Origin: the human T2T-CHM13v2.0 reference genome, Homo sapiens
Direction: 5' to 3' (one strand)
NCBI RefSeq assembly: GCF_009914755.1
Contig: NC_060936.1
Length of the DNA: 64,000 nt
Positions within the stretch are counted from its first letter, which is position 1. Every line of letters starts with the position of its first letter. Positions 1 to 21,500 of the stretch are shown here, piece after piece. Both the position numbers and the translations under genes were made by a program. Below the pieces are notes generated by a model that did not search any database, was not told the DNA's origin, and was given only the letters and a program-made list of their open reading frames with translations.

Positions 1-705
<705 letters not shown>

Positions 706-936
706 AATATAATAGTCCTCAGGTTGGGTTTGTTGGGTGTTTCCTCATGATTTCAGGCTATGCATTCTTGGTTGGAATACTACATAAATGACATTGTGTC
801 CTTTTCAGAGCCACGTGATGGCCATCCCCTTCACTGGGAATCTTAATTTTGTTTGGTCAGGTGTTATTCAATTTGTTCACTGTGTGATTAATATTTTCCC
901 CATTGCAACTTATGAGCAGTCTGGGAATACACTTTA

Positions 937-3089
<2,153 letters not shown>

Positions 3090-4226
3090 TGAGGGAATAC
3101 ACTTTAAAGACCATGCAATACTTTGCTCTTCGTGAACAAAATATTCCCTATAAATGTAGCATTCATTGATCATTCTTACCTGAATCAATCTTTATTATGG
3201 TGATTTTCCAACTCTACCACTACTCTCTATATTTATCCTTCTCCCTCCATTTATTTTTTAATTTAGTTAACTATTTATTATCAGTATAGACTCATGGATT
3301 CCTATTTTTTTCAATTTCTTATAATCCTTTCCTGTCCTAAATTTATTTTCATGTTCAAATTGTTACTTATTTCATCAGTAGGAACGTATTCAAGGTGGCT
3401 TGTCTGCTTTTGAGATCTCCCATCATGTTTTAAACACTTCCTTAATTTGTGGCATAAAAAAATACTCTAGGTTCATCTGGTTCAGCCTTGAAATCAACCA
3501 TGTCACCAACCTTGAGTTTAATTTAGTAGGGAACAGTATTAGATACCAAAATCTAGGTGGTAGATGTGCTCATTGCTACTGGGTGTCTTTGCTACTAGGA
3601 CCTTTTATCAAAGAGAGTTGGTATTTGTTTTTTGTTGTTTGTTTGTTTGTTTTGAGACAGGGTCTTGCTGTCACCTAGGCTGGAGTGCAGTGGCACTATC
3701 TTGGCTCACTGCAACTGCCATCTCCAGGATTCAAGCGATTCTCCTGCCTCAGCCTCCTGAGTAGCTGGGATTACAGGCACCTGCCACCACACCCAGCTAA
3801 TTTTTTTTGTATTTTTAGTAGAGACAGGGTTTCACCATGTTGGCCAGGCTGGTCTCCAACTCCTGATCTCAGGTGATCTGCCTGCCTTGGCCTCCCGAAG
3901 TGCTGGGATTACAGGCGTGAGCCATCGTGCCTGGCCAGTTGGTATTTATTTTAAGTTCACACTGACACCTGCAATTTCAGTCCATCCCCACAGAGTTCTT
4001 CGTCACTTTCTCTTATTTATTTCATGTCTCTATCTACCTTCTTCCACTGTAGGTGTCCTGGTTCTCAATAGGCATCAGCACATTTACTTATTAGCTCAAT
4101 CCTACAATATACCTAAAACAATTTCAGAATTGCTTTGCTGGTACGTCTACAAAAAAAATAACCTATTAAAAAGAGTTTAGGATTTGTTGGCAATCCTGAT
4201 TCCTCCCCTAGACTAAGGGTATATAG

Positions 4227-5852
<1,626 letters not shown>

Positions 5853-5925
5853 TTATATGTGTTTATCCTTATGCTAACCATATATGAGACTTTCCTAAAT
5901 CAGCCCTCTTTCTCCGTTATCTCAG

Positions 5926-10809
<4,884 letters not shown>

Positions 10810-10834
10810 AAGACCTTGGCTCATAGAAAGTCAC

Positions 10835-10840
10835 TTTAAT
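10835..10840 (-). terminator. DDIT3: DDIT3 polyadenylation signal (ATTAAA)
   Basis: TTTAAT on + (ATTAAA on -), about 200 nt past the CHOP stop and inside the MARS1 3'UTR. Confidence 0.75.
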
Positions 10841-10853
10841 AGATAGGGACAGT

Positions 10854-10863
10854 AATAAATAAA
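10854..10863 (+). terminator. MARS1: MARS1 polyadenylation signal (overlapping AATAAATAAA)
   Basis: Two overlapping AATAAA hexamers 45 nt after the stop codon. Confidence 0.85.
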
Positions 10864-11036
10864 TGTACAATCTCTATATACAAGCTGAGACCTTTCCTTT
10901 TGTCTACTCCAAGCCTTCCCCCTGCGTATGTGGGATTGAGGGTCACATCATTGGCACTAGTGAGAGGGTAGTCAGTAGCCACTTCTGGGAAAGGTGGGTA
11001 GTGTGGCCCAAGTGGGGGACTGATGCTCCCAATTGT

Positions 11037-11634
11037 TCATGCTTGGTGCAGATTCACCATTCGGTCAATCAGAGCTCGGCGAGTCGCCTCTACTTCCCTG
11101 GTCAGGCGCTCGATTTCCTGCTTGAGCCGTTCATTCTCTTCAGCTAGCTGTGCCACTTTCCTTTCATTCTCCTGTTCTTTCTCCTTCATGCGCTGCTTTC
11201 CAGCCCGGGCTGGGGAATGACCACTCTGTTTCCGTTTCCTGGTTCTCCCTTGGTCTTCCTCCTCTTCCTCCTGAGCCAGGGAGCTCTGACTGGAATCTGG
11301 AGAGTGAGGGCTCTGGGAGGTGCTTGTGACCTCTGCTGGTTCTGGCTCCTCCTCAGTCAGCCAAGCCAGAGAAGCAGGGTCAAGAGTGGTGAAGATTTTT
11401 GATTCTTCCTTCAAGGAAATGAGGAAAGGGAACATAGATATTAGTTGAGAAGGGAAAGGTAACATCCCCCTTTAGCTTTAGGGCTAACATTCTTACCTCT
11501 TCATTTCCAGGAGGTGAAACATAGGTACCCCCATTTTCATCTGAAGACAGGACCTCTTGCAGGTCCTCATACCAGGCTTCCAGCTCCCAGCTGGACAGTG
11601 TCCCGAAGGAGAAAGGCAATGACTCAGCTGCCAT
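11037..11634 (-). CDS. DDIT3: CHOP/GADD153 bZIP transcription factor, 169 aa; coding exons 11634-11497 and 11408-11037
   Basis: [33 protein letters not shown]|[61 protein letters not shown]. 138+372 nt = 169 aa + stop. Exon 3 acceptor at 11666, exon 2 11981-11934, exon 1 about 14740-14646. Confidence 0.99.
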
Positions 11635-11705
11635 CTCTGCAGTTGGATCAGTCTGGAAAAGCACATCTGCAGGATAATGGGGAGTGGCTGGAACAAGCTC
11701 CATGT

Positions 11706-11905
11706 AGCAAACAGTCTATGCCACAAGTTGGCAAGCTGGTCTGATGCCTGTTTTTGTAGGTAAAGTTGTACTGGAATACAGCCACATCTGTTTATTTACA
11801 TATTGTTTATGGCTGCTTTGGTGCTACAGTGGCAGAGATGAAGAGTCACGCTAGAGACTATAGGACTTTTAACATCTAAAATATTTACTGTCCTGCCGTT
11901 TAAAA
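11706..11905 (+). mobile_element. MER58A-like hAT-Charlie MITE in DDIT3 intron 2
   Basis: GCCTGTTTTTGTAGGTAAAGTTGTACTGGAATACAGCCAC..TATTGTTTATGGCTGCTTT..GCTACAGTGGCAGAG..TAAAATATTTACT is colinear with the MER58A consensus as recalled. Confidence 0.75.
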
Positions 11906-11939
11906 TTTTTGGAAAAGGGTAGGTTAAGTTTACCTGCTT

Positions 11940-14708
<2,769 letters not shown>

Positions 14709-14813
14709 GATACGCTCAGTGCCTTAGACTTAAGTCTCTGACCTCGGGAGCGCCTGGCTGTAATCTTTTACCATGGCCTTGCCCTCCTCTCAGGGGCGGG
14801 ACCCCAAAACCTA

Positions 14814-14842
14814 CCAATCAGAAAGTGGCACGCCGGCATTGG
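14814..14842. promoter_or_regulatory. DDIT3: Two overlapping, oppositely oriented ER-stress response elements (ATF6/NF-Y) of DDIT3
   Basis: + strand CCAAT-CAGAAAGTG-GCACG (14814-14832); - strand CCAAT-GCCGGCGTG-CCACT (14842-14824). Both fit CCAAT-N9-CCACG with one mismatch. Confidence 0.88.
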
Positions 14843-14933
14843 CCCCGCCCCGTCCCTCGCATCCGCCACTCAGGAGCCCCGCGGCACCGCCCCCGTCGCT
14901 CCCTCTCGCTAGGGGGTCGACGTAGTGTCGGAC

Positions 14934-14941
14934 CCGGAAGT
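14934..14941 (+). promoter_or_regulatory. ETS/GABP motif
   Basis: CCGGAAGT in the DDIT3 CpG-rich promoter. Confidence 0.5.
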
Positions 14942-14976
14942 GGCTTTGGGTCACGAGGCTTCACGGAGGAGGTGGG

Positions 14977-14983
14977 TGAGTCA
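14977..14983. promoter_or_regulatory. DDIT3: AP-1 site of DDIT3 promoter
   Basis: Perfect TGAGTCA about 240 bp upstream of the TSS. Confidence 0.8.
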
Positions 14984-15040
14984 TGCGCGCGCGCGGAGGG
15001 GAGTGTAGCGGGGGGGGAGGGGAGGAAAGGGGGGCGGGGA

Positions 15041-15049
15041 TGATGCAAT
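15041..15049. promoter_or_regulatory. DDIT3: Amino-acid response element (C/EBP-ATF composite, ATF4 site)
   Basis: Perfect TGATGCAAT (ATTGCATCA on the gene strand) about 305 bp upstream of the TSS. Confidence 0.92.
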
Positions 15050-15408
15050 GTTTGGCAACCGGTGTCTGCACGCGCACGCGCAGGGGACACCGAGGGTGGT
15101 GGGAGGTGCGGAGGGTGGGGGAGAGGAGAGAGGGCGGGGCGCCAGCTCCCGGCGCCCAACGGCCCCAACGGCTATCAGCCTTGGTCGCCCCTAGTCGGTC
15201 GTGAGCCTCTTTGCCGCTTGTCTCCCCCAGAAGCTGCTGTTCCGCCCACCTAGCTTTACCCGCCGTTTTACCCCCACTATAAGGGACTCCCATATTTCTT
15301 GGCCCCTCCCAGCTAATGGGCACATAGGCCTTTTGAACTTTTCTTTTTAAAGTTGGTATCCATCCACTGGGATTGTCGACATCTCGAGTCTTCTTAAAGA
15401 GGTCTCCT

Positions 15409-15725
15409 GGCCGGGCTCAGTGGCTTACGCCTGTAATCCCAGCACTTTGGGAGGCTGAGGAGAGCGGATCACTTGAGGTCAGGAGTTCGAGATCAGCCTG
15501 ACCAACATGGTGAAACCCCGTCTCTACTAAAAATACAAAAATTAGCCGGGTGTGGTGATGCGCGCCTGTAATCCCAGCTACTCTGGAGGCAGAGGCAGAA
15601 GAATCGCTTGAACCCTGGAGGCGGATGTTGCAGTGACCGAGATCGCGCCACTGCACTCCAGCCTGGGTGACAGAGCGAGACTACGTTTCACCAAAAACAA
15701 AAAACAAAACAAACAAACAAAAAAA
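15409..15725 (+). mobile_element. AluS in the DDIT3/MBD6 intergenic promoter region
   Basis: Full dimer, CpGs well retained; flanked by GGTCTCCT on both sides. Confidence 0.92.
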
Positions 15726-16599
15726 CGGGGGTGGTCTCCTGTTCTAGCCCCGTAAATCTCCCAAAAGGGGCCGAGGTACTGGAATCCCTTGGTAGTCATT
15801 TTCCGCTTCTCTCAGAACAGCGCCCTTGACTTTTACCTTGTAGTTGGTAAGCCCTCAGCCTGCCAGAAGTCATGTATTTTGCCCAGTGGACCCGATTCTG
15901 TTTGGCCACCTATTTTCCCCCACGGTACTCCTATGGCTTTCTCCAAGACCCTCTCTTGCTGTACCAGACAGCAAGTCCTGTGACTCCCTGTGTGAGGAGC
16001 GCGGCACAGGCCTGCCTCCTAGGTGTTCGGGTCGAGATTTACAGCGGAGTCTCATCCCGGGACGTGTGAGTGCACTTCAGCGCAGGACTGCCCTGGACTG
16101 GGGAGACCGGAGCCGCGATTTTAGCCTCAACTCCCCATCACTTGCCAAGGGATCTTACCGTCCTTGTTTGTAAATTAAAGATAAAAGTTGTGAAGGTAAA
16201 ATGAGAACCATGAACTTGGAGGCAACTTGACCAAAAGTAAAACGCACCACCGAGAATGCAAAGTATTTTTCTTGTGCCTTGAAAACAGAGGCCATGTGGT
16301 GGCCTGTTACATATCCTGTCATACCCTCATGGGGGCAGCCAGAGTTTAAGTAGAAACTGTCACAAGGCCGGTTGTGACTGGAGTGGTGTGGCAATGACAG
16401 GTCTTTGGTTAGGCTGCTCCGCTGCTCCACACCTCCATTTCCTCTCTGAAAATGGGGGTAGTGTGGAGGGTGGACCAGATGGTCTCCCCTGGCCTAAAGA
16501 CAGACCAGGTTGTCAGTGACAGGCAGAGGTCATGTGACTTGACAGGCTGAGGTCGTGTTGTGACATGTTGACCTGGGGAGGCGGGTCAAGTCCCAGCAC

Positions 16600-17480
16600 A
16601 CTACCCGGGAAGCCTTTGGGGCGGGGCAGGGCAAGTCGCGACTTTCATCTTTCGGGGCCTGGCCCCTCCCGGACCTGGCATTCCTGGTTCCCGCAACAGA
16701 CTGTGGCTTTGGAAGGGGCCCCTCCCTGAGGAGGGCTGGGATTGGCCACCAGTGGCCTGGGAAGAGGCGCAGATCCTTCCGCGGAGGGCGGGGGGGCCGC
16801 GTGGGGTGTTTGTTCTCTTGGGGATTAATGGGGGGTTGTGGGGGAGGGGTAGGCGCGCTCCCGCATGCGCACTGCAGCCCCTCCAGTTGGCTCGTCGCTG
16901 TCCGCTGGGCGGGGGCCCGGCCCCGCCCCTCTCCCGTCCGGGCAGCGGCGGAGGCGGCGGCTCCTGCGGCGGCGGCTGCGGCAGCGACGGCGGCGGCGGC
17001 GGCGGCGGCGGCAGCGGCAGCAGCCTGCGCAGTGCCTTCTGGGAACGGAATCCCCAGGGCTGCCCCTGGCCCCCATGGCGCATGCGCGGGAGGCCGCTCG
17101 GTGATCCGCGGCGGCGGCAGCGGCGCTTCCTGCTAGGACCGGCCGGGGCCGTACCGGAGGCTCGGGCTCCACCGACCCTCCTCCCACCCCCTCCCACTCA
17201 CCCTCTGGGCCGCGACTGCGCAGGGCGGGGCCGGCCGAACCATGGGCCGCGGTGAGTGCGGGGCCCGGCCCCCCCCACCCTGCCCCTCCCCCTCCCGTCC
17301 CTACCCTCTGCCCCCTCCGCGTCCTCTCGGCCCCTTTCCCCGGCCCCATCCCCACTCCCCCGCCCTCACCTGCCCCCGCCGCTTCTCCCTCTCACTGCCA
17401 GACTTCTGCCTTCCTCACCGCCCTCCCCTCAGTGCTTCGCCCACCCTCCGCCCGCCCTCTCCCCAAGTTCCTTCCTACTT
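16600..17480 (+). promoter_or_regulatory. MBD6: CpG island promoter and non-coding exon 1 of MBD6 (donor after 17251); non-coding exon 2 at 18269-18332
   Basis: CpG/GC-rich; NRF1 palindrome GCGCATGCGC 17078-17087 and CCGCATGCGCA 16861-16871; donor CG|GTGAGT at 17251/17252. Confidence 0.8.
16940..17023 (+). repeat. Interrupted GGC/CGG trinucleotide tract, pure (GGC)8 at 16989-17012
   Basis: Read directly from the sequence. Confidence 0.9.
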
Positions 17481-18543
17481 CGTGCGCCTTCCCCTCCTCC
17501 TCAAGCTGAGGGAAGCAGTCTGGGTGACAGGGCGCCTTGTTGTGAGAGGGAAAGTTTGGAAGCCGCCAGTGTGGGGTGGGAGCAATGGTGAGGCTGGGGA
17601 GGATACCTGCAGGTTGGAGGGGCTTCCCCTTCTATCGGAGGACAGGCTCTCTTGGAGATAATCGGAAGCCAGTGGAATAGGAGGTTCTGAATCCCTTTGC
17701 CGTAGGCTTGAGGGAAAATCAGGAGCTTCCCAGGATCCTGGGAGAAGACTGAGCTGTGATCCTCACCTCTTAAGACCCGAATGAACTATATCAGCGATTG
17801 TCTGATGGAGCAGGCATGGGGGGAGTTCTGCTGGTACCACCCCAGCGGGCAGTTGGGCAATTGCCTGGTGACCTGTGGGGCAATCTGTACTTTTTATATC
17901 ATCTTCCTGGGTAGAGAACAACAGGAGCCAGACACTCTGGGAAACTTCCTAGTGGCCTAGCATTATGGGAATGTGCCCATACTCCTGGTTGAAGTCTTCT
18001 ACTCCGAATGGAGGGAGGCCTTGCCCTTCATATGCCTAAGAATTGGGCTAGACTTTCTTGGTCCCAGGGAGCTGAGGTTCTGACCCTCTGGTCCCTAGGG
18101 ACTGGGCTTGGAAAGGATGGTTGTAGACTAAGCCAGCAGATCCCCGAGATCTTTATAGGTGCTTGCCTCACATTGTTAAGGATCTTTCTTTTGAGAGGGT
18201 GCTGGGCTGTGCTGCTCTTTAGAGTTGGGCAGACTCCTGACAGTCCCATCTCTCTACTTGCGTTGCAGGTGTGGGCTAAGCTGGTGGCCCCGGCTTTAGA
18301 CTGGACCCCACAATGTTTGCAGAGATGTTCAGGTAGCTGTGGTGATACGGCAGAGGACTCCTCAGTCTCCCTCCCAGCTGAGGGGTTCCCCTTGCTCCTC
18401 TGGGGCTTCCCCTGAGTTTTCTTGGGTCTCCCCACAACCTTTGCCTTCCTGGAGTCCTCTCTCAGGTACTTCGCTCAGTTTAATCCTCCTAGTGCCTACA
18501 TGGATGTCTGTGTTATCAGGCACGCGGGAGCTGATTACACACA

Positions 18544-21500
18544 ATGAATGGGGGCAATGAGAGCAGTGGAGCAGACAGAGCTGGGGGCCCTGTGGCCACA
18601 TCTGTCCCCATCGGCTGGCAGCGCTGTGTGCGAGAGGGTGCTGTGCTCTACATCAGGTACGGATCTTCACAGGTCCCCAAGCTCTGCCACTCCAGTTGCC
18701 CAGGTTTTCTTTCTTCCGTTTCTTCTCTCAGCTCAGCTCTCTGGTACCCGATTGCTCTCCTCTCTTCCCCTTCCTTCCTCAGCCTTTTTGCTTTCTGTAG
18801 CTCTGGGCCTTTGAATCCATTCTCCCTTTTTCTGTGTCTTCCCACATTCCTTATCCTCTGTTCTTCTAGGAGGATCTGTAACTTAAGCACTGTGCTTTAG
18901 GAGTATTGCCTGATTCGCTGCCAGCTAACCCCATGTCCTCTGACCCTGTCCTCTCGCAGTCCAAGTGGCACAGAGCTGTCTTCCTTGGAGCAAACCCGGA
19001 GCTACCTCCTCAGCGATGGGACCTGCAAGTGCGGTCTGGAGTGTCCACTTAATGTCCCCAAGGTCAGAGTGGTGAGGGGCGCCTGAGAGTACAGAGATAA
19101 GCTAAAAGTCTTAATGCAAATCACTGACTGAGGTAGCCCTTCTCACAGGTTCCAGCCCCTCAGGGTCCCTGTCCTTGCTTTCCACCTTACAGGTTTTCAA
19201 CTTTGACCCTTTGGCCCCGGTGACCCCGGGTGGGGCTGGGGTGGGGCCAGCATCAGAGGAGGACATGACCAAGCTGTGCAACCACCGGCGGAAAGCTGTT
19301 GCTATGGCAACTCTGTACCGCAGCATGGAGACCACCTGCTCACACTCTTCTCCTGGTGAGTCTTCTGCCACTTTACAGAAGACCGAGGAAAACCTAAGGG
19401 CTTGGAAGGCTGGTGGTGGGAGGAGTTCCTTGAGAGGGAGCAAAGAGAAAGGGGAGTGGGTGGGGAGCTGCATGTTGAAAGGAGGGCACAGGGAGGTTGG
19501 GAACTTGTGGGAGATGGGACTAGAGAAGACAAAAGAGTTTTTGGAAGGGGAGCCACAGGCTGACCCTTCATTTTTCATTTATTGCAGGAGAGGGAGCGAG
19601 CCCCCAAATGTTCCACACTGTGTCCCCAGGGCCCCCCTCTGCCCGCCCTCCCTGTCGAGTTCCTCCTACAACTCCACTTAATGGGGGTCCTGGCTCCCTT
19701 CCCCCAGAACCACCCTCAGTTTCCCAGGCCTTTCCCACTCTAGCAGGCCCTGGGGGGCTTTTCCCCCCAAGGCTTGCTGACCCAGTCCCTTCTGGGGGCA
19801 GTAGCAGCCCCCGTTTCCTCCCAAGGGGCAATGCCCCCTCTCCAGCCCCACCTCCTCCACCTGCTATCAGCCTCAATGCTCCCTCATACAACTGGGGAGC
19901 TGCCCTCAGATCCAGCCTGGTGCCCTCTGACCTGGGCTCTCCTCCGGCCCCTCATGCCTCCTCCTCACCACCTTCAGACCCTCCTCTCTTCCACTGTAGT
20001 GATGCCTTAACACCCCCTCCCCTGCCCCCGAGCAATAATCTCCCCGCCCACCCTGGTCCTGCCTCTCAGCCACCAGTGTCTTCAGCCACTATGCACCTGC
20101 CCCTGGTCCTGGGGCCCCTGGGAGGGGCCCCCACGGTGGAGGGGCCTGGGGCACCCCCCTTCCTTGCTAGCAGCCTACTCTCTGCAGCGGCCAAGGCACA
20201 GCATCCCCCACTACCCCCTCCCAGCACTTTACAGGGCCGAAGGCCCCGTGCCCAGGCACCCTCAGCTTCCCACTCCTCATCACTTCGTCCCTCTCAGCGT
20301 CGTCCCCGCAGACCCCCTACTGTATTTCGATTGCTAGAAGGGAGAGGCCCTCAAACCCCTAGACGGAGCCGTCCTCGGGCCCCTGCTCCTGTCCCCCAAC
20401 CCTTTTCTCTCCCGGAGCCATCCCAACCAATTCTCCCTTCTGTGCTGTCCCTGCTGGGACTCCCCACCCCTGGCCCTTCCCACTCTGATGGAAGCTTTAA
20501 CCTTTTGGGGTCAGATGCACACCTTCCTCCTCCCCCAACCCTCTCCTCAGGGAGCCCTCCCCAGCCCAGGCACCCCATCCAGCCCTCCCTGCCTGGGACC
20601 ACCAGTGGCAGCCTCAGCAGTGTGCCAGGTATGTGAGTATTGTGGAGCCCTTCCTCATCCTGGCTGGAAAGAGGCAGCCAAGGCATTTAGGGGAATGTTC
20701 AGAGAGCTCTTTGAGGGTGTTCTGGGTTGGGGGCAGGGAGGTTGGCTTCTTTGGATGATGGGAGAAAGGGCCTCCCTTGAGCTGAATTTCTCTCCTCTTT
20801 TACAGGTGCCCCTGCCCCACCAGCTGCCTCCAAAGCCCCAGTAGTCCCCAGCCCTGTGCTTCAAAGCCCATCCGAAGGACTGGGGATGGGGGCAGGCCCG
20901 GCCTGCCCTCTGCCTCCCCTGGCTGGTGGAGAGGCTTTCCCTTTCCCCAGCCCTGAGCAGGGCCTGGCACTGAGTGGAGCTGGCTTCCCTGGGATGCTTG
21001 GGGCCTTGCCTCTCCCTCTGAGTCTGGGGCAGCCTCCACCTTCTCCATTGCTCAACCACAGTTTATTTGGTGTGCTGACTGGGGGAGGAGGACAACCTCC
21101 CCCTGAGCCCCTGCTACCCCCACCAGGAGGACCTGGTCCTCCCCTAGCCCCAGGAGAGCCTGAAGGGCCTTCGCTTTTGGTGGCTTCCTTGCTTCCTCCA
21201 CCACCCTCAGACCTTCTTCCACCTCCTTCAGCACCTCCCAGCAACCTCCTTGCCTCTTTCCTGCCCCTGTTGGCTCTGGGCCCCACAGCTGGGGATGGGG
21301 AGGGATCTGCAGAGGGAGCCGGGGGTCCAAGTGGGGAGCCATTTTCAGGCTTGGGAGACCTGTCCCCCCTACTTTTCCCCCCACTTTCAGCCCCCCCTAC
21401 CCTCATAGCTTTAAATTCTGCGCTGCTGGCTGCCACCCTGGATCCCCCCTCGGGGACACCCCCCCAGGTGAGGATGGGGGTGAGTAGGTGGGACAGAACA

